Shown one piece after another: positions 10,298-19,668 of a stretch of DNA of 64,000 nt. Within the stretch, counting starts at the first letter, position 1. Each line of letters begins with the position of its first letter. The stretch spans positions 24,369 to 88,368 of the forward strand of contig CBDCGH010000014.1 in the NCBI GenBank assembly GCA_965216615.1, given 5' to 3'. The notes beneath the pieces are model-generated. The model did not search any database and was not told the DNA's origin. It saw only the letters and a list, made by a program, of their open reading frames with translations. This DNA comes from Vicinamibacterales bacterium. GTDB taxonomy: Bacteria > Acidobacteriota > Vicinamibacteria > Vicinamibacterales > UBA8438. A program made the translations under genes and the position numbers.

Positions 10298-11028
10298 CAG
10301 ACGGGGTTCCTCCGCAGGACAAATCCGACCCCTCGCACGGTGTGCAGCAGTTGGGGTCGCCCTTCCTGGCTGAGCTTGCGTCGGAGACGCGAGACGTGGA
10401 CGTCGATGACATTGTCCAGCGTCGTGCTGCGAGCCGATTCTTTCCAGACCTCACGCGCGAGCGCATCTCGCGAGACCACTTGTCCCTCTGAGCTGGCGAG
10501 GTATTCGAGGAGATCGAACTCCTTGGCGGTCAGGGGAATCTCGCGCCCGTCGTATTGGACGTGACGGGCCCCGGGGTCAAGGGTCAGGCCCCCAATTGAA
10601 ATGGGGCCGGTCGAGGAGGCCCGTCCTCGGCGAAGGATGGCTTTGACCCGTGCCAGCAGCTCGGTGAACGCGAAGGGTTTCGCGAGGTAGTCGTCCGCCC
10701 CGCCGTCGAGGCCCGCGACACGATCCACGACGGCGTCCCGTGCCGTGAGAATGATGATCGGCGTGACGTCCCCGCCTTGTCGAAGCGCGGTCATGATCTC
10801 GAGTCCGTCGCGCCCTGGGAGACCGAGGTCGAGCAGAATCAAGTCGAACGATTCGTGAGTGGCGCGAAAAAACGCCGATTCCCCGGATTCCTCGACCCGG
10901 ACGACGTAGCCTTCGCCTTCCAGGCCCTCCCGTAGCGCGGTGGCCACCTTGTGCTCGTCCTCGACGACGAGCACTCGGGTCGGTTCGGAGGAGTCCGCGG
11001 TGGCTCCCAGGGAGGTCTCAGTCACCAT
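10297..11028 (-). CDS. OmpR/PhoB-family response regulator
   Basis: Receiver motifs VLVVEDE and DLILLDLGLPGRDG, plus a winged-helix C-terminus (LTAKEFDLLEYL, VDVHVSRLRRKL). Confidence 0.9.
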   Translation of the reverse strand: MVTETSLGATADSSEPTRVLVVEDEHKVATALREGLEGEGYVVRVEESGESAFFRATHESFDLILLDLGLPGRDGLEIMTALRQGGDVTPIIILTARDAVVDRVAGLDGGADDYLAKPFAFTELLARVKAILRRGRASSTGPISIGGLTLDPGARHVQYDGREIPLTAKEFDLLEYLASSEGQVVSRDALAREVWKESARSTTLDNVIDVHVSRLRRKLSQEGRPQLLHTVRGVGFVLRRNPV

Positions 11029-11191
11029 CTCGCTCAGGGCTGCAGTCTCAGAAGCGTCTCGTCATCGTCAGTAGGCACCGGAAGGAGCCATGACGGAAGC
11101 CTGAAGGTCGAATTCAGGAACTCTTAAGGTGTCCACGGCACCTGTTTCAATCATAGTGAAATCCCCGGCGGACGGCCGAAAGGAGCGTTCT

Positions 11192-11599
11192 GTGACACGC
11201 AGGCAAGTCTTCTCGCTCATCGCGCTGGTCGTTGCGTGGATGACTCCCGTGGGGAGTCACCATGCGGTGTCCACGGTCTACGACGTTGGGCAGACGACCA
11301 CCATTCGCGGGGTCGTCGAACGCATCGTCATTCGCCGCCCTCATCCGATCGTCCACCTCGTCGTGGACCTGGATGGCGAAGTCCGACGCACTTGGGTGGT
11401 GGAGCTCGACGATCCTGACGCCCGCCGAGCGGAAACTGGGGCATTGGCGTTGCAGCCCGGCGATCAGGTGGCTGTTTGCGGGAATCCCGGTCGGGACCCC
11501 GGAGAGTTCAAGCTGCGGATGTTGTCGCTCAAGCGCCCGTCAGACGCCTTCGTGCTGCGTAGTGACGTCGGGACGGAGTCGGCGACGTGCCGAGGATGA
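11192..11599 (+). CDS. DUF6152-like small periplasmic protein (family name from memory)
   Basis: A GTG at 11192 lies 7 nt after AAGGAG. The signal peptide ends ...TPVGS and the mature N-terminus is HHAVSTVYD. It is a paralog of 22022-22462 (mature HHAFSAEFD). Confidence 0.55.
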   Translation: MTRRQVFSLIALVVAWMTPVGSHHAVSTVYDVGQTTTIRGVVERIVIRRPHPIVHLVVDLDGEVRRTWVVELDDPDARRAETGALALQPGDQVAVCGNPGRDPGEFKLRMLSLKRPSDAFVLRSDVGTESATCRG

Positions 11600-11635
11600 C
11601 CGGAACAGTTTGTTCGTGAGCGTGCGGAGGGAATT

Positions 11636-14134
11636 GTGGTGTTGAGCGCAAAAGCAACAGTACCGGTTGGCAGGAGCCCAGCGCAGTGGCTGACAGTGAT
11701 AGGGCTTGTCGTTATGCTCATCGGATCGATCAGCGCGGGTGTGGCCTCGGCGCAGTCCAGCGGGACGATTCAGGGAGTGATCGTGGACCAGCTCGGCGCA
11801 CCAATGCCGGCGATGGTGACGCTGATTCAGGATGGACAATCCGTCTCGGCGACCGAAACCGACGCGACCGGAGGCTTTCTTTTCTGCGAGCTCAGTACCG
11901 GTCGGTATCGGGTGGAGGCCATGGCACCCGGGTTTGCGACGCACCTGTCGGAGCCGATCTACGTTGGGTCGGGCGAGGTCAACATTGAACTTGCCTTGTC
12001 GGTTGGGCCGATCGCGCAGCACGTCGTGGTGACGGCTGAGGCTGCCGAGACCACGCAAGCGCGAGTCGGAGCCCCCGTGACGGTGGTGGACCGGACGGAT
12101 CTGGATGCGATCGGGAACCCCGACGTGCTCGGCGCGCTGCGGACAGTGCCGGGAGCCCAGGTGGTGCAAACTGGTCAACGGGGCGGCGCGACGGCGCTTT
12201 TCGTACGAGGCGGTGCGTCCGATTTCAATAAGGTCCTCATCGACGGCGTCCCGGCGAATGACATCGGCGGAGCCTTTGACTTCGGGGGGCTGTCGGCGGC
12301 CGGGGTCGATCGGGTCGAAGTGCTCCGGACGGCAAACAGTGTCCAGTATGGTGCTGACGCACTGAGCGGGGTGATCAACGTCACGACCCCTCGCGGCCAC
12401 ACGTCGACCCCAGAATTGTCGTACTCGATTGGCGGTGGCAATCTGGGGACGGTTCGCCAAGAGCTGTCCGTCGGAGGCGTCGTCGACCGGTTCGACTACT
12501 TTTTCAACGTCTCGCGTTTCGATACCGACAACGACCTGCCGAACAACGCATTCAAGAACGACACGTTCGCGGGCCGGTTCGGTGTGGCGATTGGCTCAGC
12601 GACCGATCTGAGCGTCACGGTACGGCGAATCGACAGCGCGCTGGGTCTGCCGGGGGCTGTACTCTTCAACGGGCTTGTCGACGACTCCTCGCAGAGCGCC
12701 GAGCTGACATTCGTCGGCGTGACAGCGACCTCGCAAGTCAACGATCGCCTCCAGACCACGGTGCGGTTTGCCTCGAATGACCAGACCTCGCGCTTCGTCA
12801 ACAGCCAGCCGACCGGAGAGCCGTTCGATCCGTTTGGTTTCGGCGCCAACTATCTTGGCGAGCCGGTGACGATTGCCGGTGCAAATGGCTTCTCCGCGAG
12901 CGGCCGCGCCATCATGGACTTCGGCGGCGTGTACCCATCCCTGTTCGACTCTGATACCTCACGGCGTTCGGTGGCGGGGCAAGCAGACTATCGCCTGACA
13001 GACGTCCTGGACGTCTCGGGCGGTGTGCGGCTCGAGCACGAGGAAGGCAGTCAAGACGGGTCGTTTGGGGGGTCGTCAACCCAGCGAACCAACTACGGCG
13101 GGTTCGTTGAGGCGAGAGCTAGCTTCGGGAATCGCACCTACCTCACGGCTGGCTCCGGGTTGGACGACAACGAGATCTTCGGCTTCGCAGCCACACCGCG
13201 GGTGTCGGCGGCGGTCTACGTGCGACAGCCCACGCCCGAACCGCGGATGTTCGGCGATACCAAGCTGACGTTCAATGCTGGCCGCGGCATCAAGGCCCCG
13301 GTGGTATTTGATGAGCTCAACTCGCTTTTCGTCCTGCTGGAGGCCGCGCCGGGCGGAGCGGACGTCATTACCAATGCCGGTATCGAGCCGATCGGACCGG
13401 AGCGGAGCCGCAGCATTGACTTCGGGGTCGAGCAGGGGCTCTGGAACAACCGGGCGCGCGCGCGCGTCGCGTTCTTTCACAATGACTTCCGCGATCTTAT
13501 TGAGTTTGTCAGCAACTTCGCGCTGCCGGAGCTCGGCGTCGCGCCAAGTGCCGCCTTCGCTGTGCCCTTCGGCGCGACCGTCAACGCCTCGTCGTATCGG
13601 GCGCGAGGGATCGAAACGTCGGGAGACGTGGCCATCGGTGATGACCTACGGATCGGTGGCGGGTACATGTTCCTGGACGCGACCGTCAATGAGTCGTTCT
13701 CCGGAAGCGCGCTCTTTCCCAGTGTCAACCCGGCGTTTCCTGGCGTTCAGATCGGGCAGTTTTCACCGCTGGTAGGCGCCCGGCCGTTCCGCCGGCCGAC
13801 CCACTCGGGTAATCTGTTCGTAACGTATGGGCGCGGCCCCGCGAACGCCGCGATCGTCGCGACCTTTGTGGGGAAGTCTGATGACAGCACGTTTCTTTCC
13901 GATGCGTTCTTCGGGTCGTCGCTGCTCTTGCCGAACCACGATCTCGTGGACGGGCATCAGAAAGTAGACCTGAGCCTGTCATACGATCTTCACCCGCGAG
14001 CGCGCTGGCATATGAGTATCGAGAACCTGCTCGATCAGCGTTACGTGGCTTCCCCGGGTTTTCTGGCGCTTCCCCTGACTTTCAGAACCGGCCTTACGCT
14101 CACCCTGGGAGGCGAGGCGACCGCGACCCGCTGA
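11636..14134 (+). CDS. TonB-dependent receptor with an N-terminal carboxypeptidase-regulatory-like domain
   Basis: Signal peptide, then GTIQGVIVD...TGRYRVEA (CarboxypepD_reg-like). Plug-like segments ALRTVPGAQVVQTG and LFVRGG..., followed by a long beta-barrel. Confidence 0.85.
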   Translation: MVLSAKATVPVGRSPAQWLTVIGLVVMLIGSISAGVASAQSSGTIQGVIVDQLGAPMPAMVTLIQDGQSVSATETDATGGFLFCELSTGRYRVEAMAPGFATHLSEPIYVGSGEVNIELALSVGPIAQHVVVTAEAAETTQARVGAPVTVVDRTDLDAIGNPDVLGALRTVPGAQVVQTGQRGGATALFVRGGASDFNKVLIDGVPANDIGGAFDFGGLSAAGVDRVEVLRTANSVQYGADALSGVINVTTPRGHTSTPELSYSIGGGNLGTVRQELSVGGVVDRFDYFFNVSRFDTDNDLPNNAFKNDTFAGRFGVAIGSATDLSVTVRRIDSALGLPGAVLFNGLVDDSSQSAELTFVGVTATSQVNDRLQTTVRFASNDQTSRFVNSQPTGEPFDPFGFGANYLGEPVTIAGANGFSASGRAIMDFGGVYPSLFDSDTSRRSVAGQADYRLTDVLDVSGGVRLEHEEGSQDGSFGGSSTQRTNYGGFVEARASFGNRTYLTAGSGLDDNEIFGFAATPRVSAAVYVRQPTPEPRMFGDTKLTFNAGRGIKAPVVFDELNSLFVLLEAAPGGADVITNAGIEPIGPERSRSIDFGVEQGLWNNRARARVAFFHNDFRDLIEFVSNFALPELGVAPSAAFAVPFGATVNASSYRARGIETSGDVAIGDDLRIGGGYMFLDATVNESFSGSALFPSVNPAFPGVQIGQFSPLVGARPFRRPTHSGNLFVTYGRGPANAAIVATFVGKSDDSTFLSDAFFGSSLLLPNHDLVDGHQKVDLSLSYDLHPRARWHMSIENLLDQRYVASPGFLALPLTFRTGLTLTLGGEATATR

Positions 14135-14135
14135 C

Positions 14136-14699
14136 GTGCTGAACTACGCGCTCGCGATGCTGTGCGCCCTGGGTTCGGCGACGTTTTCCACGGCCGCCGT
14201 CCTGCGGTGGTCGGTTCCAGTGGGGGTCGTCAGCTTCCTGGCGGCGAGCACGTGGCTGACGCCCGATCCGGCTTGGACCGGTGCAACAGCCGCGCTCGCG
14301 TCGGCACTGTTATTGGTACGCCCACAGTCTTCTCTTCCAGCGGCCGCGATCGCAGGATGCCTCGCCGGGCTCTGGATGACGTTGCTCGAAGCCCAGGGCG
14401 TTCCGATGGTGGGAGCACTGAGTTTGGCAGCGGCCGTTCCCGCGGCGTCCGGCTGGATGGCACGCACCCGTGACGAGTTTGCGCCGTCGGCTCTGCGCGA
14501 AGACGCGCTACTGGCGATCGGGGGATTGGGCCTGGTCGTGGCGATGGGACCGGACATCTTGGCCGGTTGGCAGTCGGCGGGCTCGATGAACCTCGAGCCG
14601 GGTGGTGGGCGACAGGCCGCGATCGAAGTCTGGCTGATGGTGGCGATCGGTACTGCGGCGGTGGGAGGGGGCGCTCACGCGCTCTGGAGTCGGCGATGA
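14136..14699 (+). CDS. polytopic membrane protein of unknown function
   Basis: A 187-aa Ala/Leu-rich protein with several hydrophobic spans. The GTG start is 1 nt after the receptor stop, and the stop overlaps the next ATG (ATGA). Confidence 0.5.
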   Translation: MLNYALAMLCALGSATFSTAAVLRWSVPVGVVSFLAASTWLTPDPAWTGATAALASALLLVRPQSSLPAAAIAGCLAGLWMTLLEAQGVPMVGALSLAAAVPAASGWMARTRDEFAPSALREDALLAIGGLGLVVAMGPDILAGWQSAGSMNLEPGGGRQAAIEVWLMVAIGTAAVGGGAHALWSRR

Positions 14700-15316
14700 G
14701 TGTGCTCGGAACATTGGAGAACGGTCTGTTTGCGTTGAGCCAGGTGCTGCGGTTCCCGGTGATCGCGCTGCTATGGGTATGCGTGGCGATGGCGGTCTTT
14801 ATGTCGGCGGGCTGCGTCGTAGAGTTCCTCGCTCGGCGTCGCGAGCGATCTGGCTTCGACCTGAAGGCGTGGGTTGAAGATGGTGCCTTGTTGAAGGCCG
14901 AGGAATCTCGGCGCGGGCGGCTGCCGACTGCACTACAGGCGCTCTTGAGCGATGTCACACAGACCGACAAAGCGTCGTTGGACAACGGCGGCCTCGAGCA
15001 CCTCGTGCTGGAGCGGGAGGAACACGCGCGCCGCACGCTGAGCGGCTCGCGTCTCTTGGTACGAGTCGGACCGAGTCTAGGGCTCCTGGGTACGCTGATT
15101 CCGATGGGAACTGCGCTGGCGTCGCTGACGGCCGGCAACCTCGAGGCGATGGCCGGGCAGATGGTGGTGGCGTTTACGACTACCATCGTTGGTCTGTCGG
15201 CTGGGACCGTGGCATACGTCATTCAGATGGTGCGCCACGGGTGGGTCCACGAAACGATTCGTGAGCAGCGTTTCCTCGCCGAGCGTATTGCCGGCGAGCT
15301 GGCACAGGGCGAGTAG
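14696..15316 (+). CDS. MotA/TolQ/ExbB proton-channel family protein
   Basis: The segment LLVRVGPSLGLLGTLIPMGTAL...TTIVGL is typical of the ExbB/TolQ C-terminal channel region. The ATG at 14696 overlaps the upstream stop. Confidence 0.75.
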   Translation: MSVLGTLENGLFALSQVLRFPVIALLWVCVAMAVFMSAGCVVEFLARRRERSGFDLKAWVEDGALLKAEESRRGRLPTALQALLSDVTQTDKASLDNGGLEHLVLEREEHARRTLSGSRLLVRVGPSLGLLGTLIPMGTALASLTAGNLEAMAGQMVVAFTTTIVGLSAGTVAYVIQMVRHGWVHETIREQRFLAERIAGELAQGE

Positions 15317-15330
15317 TCCTGGAGGGCGGC

Positions 15331-15663
15331 ATGACTCGATTTCTTCACCTTCCGGCACCCGACGAGGGGATTGACGAAGACCCGCTGGCCGGCGTCGCCA
15401 ACATCTTCGACGTCTCGGTGGTCTTCATCGTTGGGTTGATGATCACGCTCTTTTCGGTCTACCGAATCGGCGACCTCGTCGATCCCGAAAGCGAGGTCAC
15501 GCTGGTGAAGACTAACGCCGATGGGTTGAGTGAGATCATCGTGAAACGGGGCACGGAGATCTCGGCCTACGAGCTCACAGGCGAGACGCTGGGAGGCCAA
15601 GGGGAGCGGCTCGGCACGGCCTATCGGTTGGCCAACGGACAGGTCATTTACGTCCCGGATTGA
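15331..15663 (+). CDS. DUF2149-like small membrane protein (family name from memory)
   Basis: A 110-aa protein with DPLAGVANIFDVSVVFIVGLMITLF. This gene type classically accompanies ExbB-like and CobN-like genes. Confidence 0.5.
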   Translation: MTRFLHLPAPDEGIDEDPLAGVANIFDVSVVFIVGLMITLFSVYRIGDLVDPESEVTLVKTNADGLSEIIVKRGTEISAYELTGETLGGQGERLGTAYRLANGQVIYVPD

Positions 15664-15714
15664 GGGGTCCGTAGTCGGGAGCGTGAGGGGCCCTAGGTCG
15701 GAGGTCGGGTCTTT

Positions 15715-18700
15715 GTGATGACGAGCAGACTGAGGAGCGTGAGCTGCGTCGCGATCGCGACCCTCGCGTTGTGCCTGTTGGCGCAGCCGGGGTGGGCGCA
15801 GTCGACCCGTGTTGCCTATCTCTTCTCCGACGGCCACCTCCCGGGTGTGCTGCGCGCCTACAAAGCACTGCTCGACGAGCGTCCAGATCTGCGGGGTGAG
15901 ATCGCGATCGATTTTCTGACCGAGTCGCTCTTTGACCGGGCCGATCCCGAAACGATCACCGGCGCCGATGTCCTGGTGTTCGACATCATGAACCAACAGA
16001 TGCTCGAACGCTTCGACGCGACGCATGATGTCGATCTCATCCGCACGATCAGCGACCGTGGCATGGTGCTCGCCGTGGGTGAGGGCCTGATGCCCCAAGA
16101 GCAGTATGTCGAGCAGGGCGTCGTGTGGGATTCGCGGGCTCGCGCCTTCTGGACCAACTGGGGATTTGCGAATCAGCTTGGCCTCCTCAAGCAGTCGCTG
16201 AGCATTGCGGGCGTCCCGGATCTGACGGTGCCGGATCCGCAGCCAAGCCTCGATGCTGGCTACTACTACCCGGATGGGGAGACCGGACAGGTCTTCGCCA
16301 CGTGGAATGATTTCGACGCCTGGAGAGCGGAACACGGTAAGCGGCGCCCCGGCGCGACCCGTGTGGCAGTCGGGTTCTACAAGTCCACCTACTACGCCGG
16401 CGATACCGCGCTGCTTGACGCCGTGATCGAAGAGATCGAGCAGCAGGGCGCCGAGGCGATTCCGGTCTTTGGTTACCCCGGTGCCGTGGCTTTCGAGAAT
16501 CTACTGATCGACGAGGCTGGCCAGGCACGAGCGCACGTTGCGCTCGCCTTCCTGTTTCGGTTCGCGAACTTCGAGGCGTCCACCGCGCTCGCGAAGCTTG
16601 ACATTCCGGTGATCAGCTTGATCAGCCTCTACGGACGGAGCGAAGACGAGTGGCGGGCGTCCGACCAGGGCCTGTCGATGTTCGAGGGCACGTTCCAGGT
16701 CGCGGTGCCGGAGCTGGCGGGGGTCGTCGCACCGACGGTGGTCGGCAGCCAAGAGCAAATTGATGATCCCGAGACCGGACTATCAATCGTCGTACGGCGC
16801 CCGATCGCCGCTCGCGTGACGCTTGCTGTTCAGCGTGCGCTGCGCTACGGGGCATTGGCCGGCAAGCCGAACGCCGAGAAGCGTCTCGCCGTCGTCTTCT
16901 ACAACTATCCGCCCGGCAAGGCCGGCATCGGCGCAAGCTACCTGAACGTGGCGGAGTCGCTGGCGAACATCCTTGAGCGACTCCGACGCGAGGGGTACGA
17001 GGTGGGCGACGGCGATCTCTCGGGCGATGCGCTTCTGACGGAGCTCACCGCGAAAGCGCGCAATGTCGGCGGTTATGCACCGGGAGAGCTCGATGCGCTT
17101 CTCGCCGAGGGGGCGGCTGTTCGGGTCTCGATGGCCGAGTACCAAGGGTGGCTCGAAGGATACGCGCCGTCGCTCCAGGCGAAGATCGTGGAGGACTGGG
17201 GCGCACCCGAGGACGCCACGCTGATGGCGGCGGCCGGGGAGTTCGTCATCCCCGTGGTGCGGTACGGCAACGTCGTGGTCTTGCCTCAGCCTGCCCGGGG
17301 ATGGGGCGAGGATCTCGACCAGCTGTATCACGCGGACGACCTAGCTCCCCACCACCAGTACGTCGCAACCTATGCTTGGCTCCGACAGGCCTTCCGAGCC
17401 GATGCCGTGGTCCACCTCGGGACGCACGGGACGTTGGAGTGGCTTGACGGCAAGGACATCGGCCTGACGTCGGAGGACGCACCTGACGCGCTCATCGCCG
17501 ACCTTCCCAACCTGTACGTCTACAACGTCGACGTCGTGGGCGAGGGCCTCGTCGCGCGACGGCGAGGCATGGCGACCCTAATCGACCACATGGTGCCTCC
17601 GTTCCGCAAGGGGGGGCTGTTGCCGGAGCTGACCGCGCTCAGTGAGAGCGTCAACGACTACCACGGCAGCGTGCACAGCAATGCGGAGTTGGCCAATGCG
17701 TTTCTCGGGCAGATCCGCGACCAGGTCATCGAGCTCGGTATCGCCAAGGACCTCGACCTCGATCTGGTACGTGTCGAGAGCCTCGACCACGAGGCGCTGC
17801 ACGAGATTGAAGACTACATGGCCGAGCTGCGTGATCAGAACATCCCGTTCGGGCTGCACGCGTTCGGCCGCGTTCCCGAGGCGTCGCACCGCGCATCGAC
17901 CGTCGAGGCGATCGTCTCGACGGATCGCTCACTCATGCCCGACGCCGCGGAGGTGCTTGCAGAGGACATGGAGAGGCGAATCGTGGAGTCGGGTCCACGC
18001 GAGCTCGGCAGCCTGGTCCGTTCGTTGCGAGCCGGCTACGTGGCGGCTGGGGTCGGCGGCGAGCCTATCCGCAATCCGGATGCCTATCCAACCGGGAAGA
18101 ACTTCTACGGAATCGACCCCGACAAGGTGCCGAAGCCGGCGGCGTGGGATATCGGAGTCCGTCTAGCCGACCAAATGCTGGCTGGGCACCTCGAGACGAA
18201 CGGTGCGTACCCGCGAAAGGTCTCGTTCGTGATCTGGGGCGACGAAACGATGCGGCACCAAGGTGTGCTCGAGTCGCAGATCTTCCATCTACTCGGAACC
18301 CGGCCGGTGTGGGACGCCAGGGGAAAGGTCATCGATGTCGAGGTCGTGCCCAGCGCGCAGCTCGGCCGGCCGCGCGTCGACATCGTGATCGCGTCGGCGG
18401 CGGAGGGCATGTTCTCCAACGTGACGAGGCTGATGGACGAGGCGGTGCAGCGCGTCAAGGTGATCGAAGAGGCAAACAACTACGTCCGCCGACACTATCT
18501 CCGGACGCGATCGACGCTCATCAACCAAGGGTACGCGGAGGAGGATGCCGACCGTCGGGCGGGCGTTCGCATCTTCGATGAGGCGCCCGGCGTCTTCAAC
18601 CTCAACACCTCCGGGATCGTGACCGCCAGCGGTAGCTGGGACACCGACCGAGGGATGGCAGACGAATACCTGTCAAAGATGGGACACGCCTACGGGAACG

Positions 18701-19668
18701 GTTTCTGGGGCGAGCCGATGGAGGATGTGTTCCGGATGGCTCTGTCGGGAACTGAGAAGGTCGTGCATAGCAGCTCCACGATGCTCTATGGCGCGCTGGA
18801 TAACGACGACTTCTACATGTATATGGGCGGCCTGGCTACGGCCATCCGCAATATCGATGGCACGACGCCCGAGCTCGTGGTCACCAACACACGAGACCCG
18901 GGACGACCGGAGATGACGGCGATCGACAAGTTCGTTGGAACCGAGCTGCGGTCACGGTACGTCAATCCCACATGGATCGAGGGCATGCAGCGCGAGGGCT
19001 ATGCCGGGGCAGGGGAGATGCGCGCGTTTGTCGAGTACCTCTGGGGCTGGGACGCGACGGTGACCGATGTCGTCGATGACGCGATGTGGCAGGAGTCCTT
19101 CGCGGTCTACGTCGAGGACAAGCACGAGCTCGACATGAAGGCGTTCTTCGAAGCCGAGTCGCCGTTTGCCTACCAGGACATGACCGGTCGGATGATGGAG
19201 ACGATTCGAAAAGGGTATTGGGCAGCCGATCGCGAGACGCTGGACCGGTTGCTCACGGAGTACGTCGAGAGTGTGAACACTCACGGAGTCGGTTGCGCGG
19301 AGCACACCTGCGGGAATCCTCGCCTCCTGGAGTACGTGCTCGACCAAGCTCGCATTGCCGAGATTCCTGCTGTCGATCTCGAGGCGTTCGAGCAGGCGTT
19401 GGAGCAGGCCCTCGGGATCGATATCGAAACGGCAGCCCGGGCGGCTGAAGCATTCGTGCGCCGAAACGAGGCCGAGTCGATCATGTCCGAGAACCTCCAG
19501 GGCCTTCGCATGGAAGAGTCGGTGTCGGAGCTCGAGACCTCCCCCGCGGTGCCGGCGTCCGACAGCTTTGGGGATAGCGAACGCGCGGCGCTGTGGGTCG
19601 GAGTGCCCGTGCTGGGACTGCTGGTGGCGTGGCGGGTCTGGCAGCGTCGCGGGCGCGCGCGCCAATGA
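15715..19668 (+). CDS. CobN/Mg-chelatase large-subunit family protein (HmuS-like) with a signal peptide and a C-terminal TM anchor
   Basis: Length is 1317 aa. It carries the CobN-type motifs VFYNYPPGKAGIGASYLNV and VHLGTHGTLEWLDGK. N-terminus is MMTSRLRSVSCVAIATLALCLLAQPGWAQ. C-terminus is ALWVGVPVLGLLVAWRVWQRRGRARQ. Confidence 0.85.
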   Translation: MMTSRLRSVSCVAIATLALCLLAQPGWAQSTRVAYLFSDGHLPGVLRAYKALLDERPDLRGEIAIDFLTESLFDRADPETITGADVLVFDIMNQQMLERFDATHDVDLIRTISDRGMVLAVGEGLMPQEQYVEQGVVWDSRARAFWTNWGFANQLGLLKQSLSIAGVPDLTVPDPQPSLDAGYYYPDGETGQVFATWNDFDAWRAEHGKRRPGATRVAVGFYKSTYYAGDTALLDAVIEEIEQQGAEAIPVFGYPGAVAFENLLIDEAGQARAHVALAFLFRFANFEASTALAKLDIPVISLISLYGRSEDEWRASDQGLSMFEGTFQVAVPELAGVVAPTVVGSQEQIDDPETGLSIVVRRPIAARVTLAVQRALRYGALAGKPNAEKRLAVVFYNYPPGKAGIGASYLNVAESLANILERLRREGYEVGDGDLSGDALLTELTAKARNVGGYAPGELDALLAEGAAVRVSMAEYQGWLEGYAPSLQAKIVEDWGAPEDATLMAAAGEFVIPVVRYGNVVVLPQPARGWGEDLDQLYHADDLAPHHQYVATYAWLRQAFRADAVVHLGTHGTLEWLDGKDIGLTSEDAPDALIADLPNLYVYNVDVVGEGLVARRRGMATLIDHMVPPFRKGGLLPELTALSESVNDYHGSVHSNAELANAFLGQIRDQVIELGIAKDLDLDLVRVESLDHEALHEIEDYMAELRDQNIPFGLHAFGRVPEASHRASTVEAIVSTDRSLMPDAAEVLAEDMERRIVESGPRELGSLVRSLRAGYVAAGVGGEPIRNPDAYPTGKNFYGIDPDKVPKPAAWDIGVRLADQMLAGHLETNGAYPRKVSFVIWGDETMRHQGVLESQIFHLLGTRPVWDARGKVIDVEVVPSAQLGRPRVDIVIASAAEGMFSNVTRLMDEAVQRVKVIEEANNYVRRHYLRTRSTLINQGYAEEDADRRAGVRIFDEAPGVFNLNTSGIVTASGSWDTDRGMADEYLSKMGHAYGNGFWGEPMEDVFRMALSGTEKVVHSSSTMLYGALDNDDFYMYMGGLATAIRNIDGTTPELVVTNTRDPGRPEMTAIDKFVGTELRSRYVNPTWIEGMQREGYAGAGEMRAFVEYLWGWDATVTDVVDDAMWQESFAVYVEDKHELDMKAFFEAESPFAYQDMTGRMMETIRKGYWAADRETLDRLLTEYVESVNTHGVGCAEHTCGNPRLLEYVLDQARIAEIPAVDLEAFEQALEQALGIDIETAARAAEAFVRRNEAESIMSENLQGLRMEESVSELETSPAVPASDSFGDSERAALWVGVPVLGLLVAWRVWQRRGRARQ

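Noticed and set aside
11029-11635. Cobalamin riboswitch or Fur box upstream of the TonB receptor/CobN-like operon
   Set aside because: I saw no B12-box-like element and no 19-bp GATAATGATAATCATTATC-like Fur box. Only short N7-spaced inverted repeats are present, and these are reported as weak operator candidates.
19593-19664. Upstream start (19593) for the repeat protein, and similar long N-terminal extensions in the track (33863, 41724, 54098, 14567, 21938, 6616, 51475, 33932, 41650)
   Set aside because: These extensions overlap the preceding gene or the promoter elements and precede obvious SD/ATG plus signal-peptide starts. Shorter starts were chosen.
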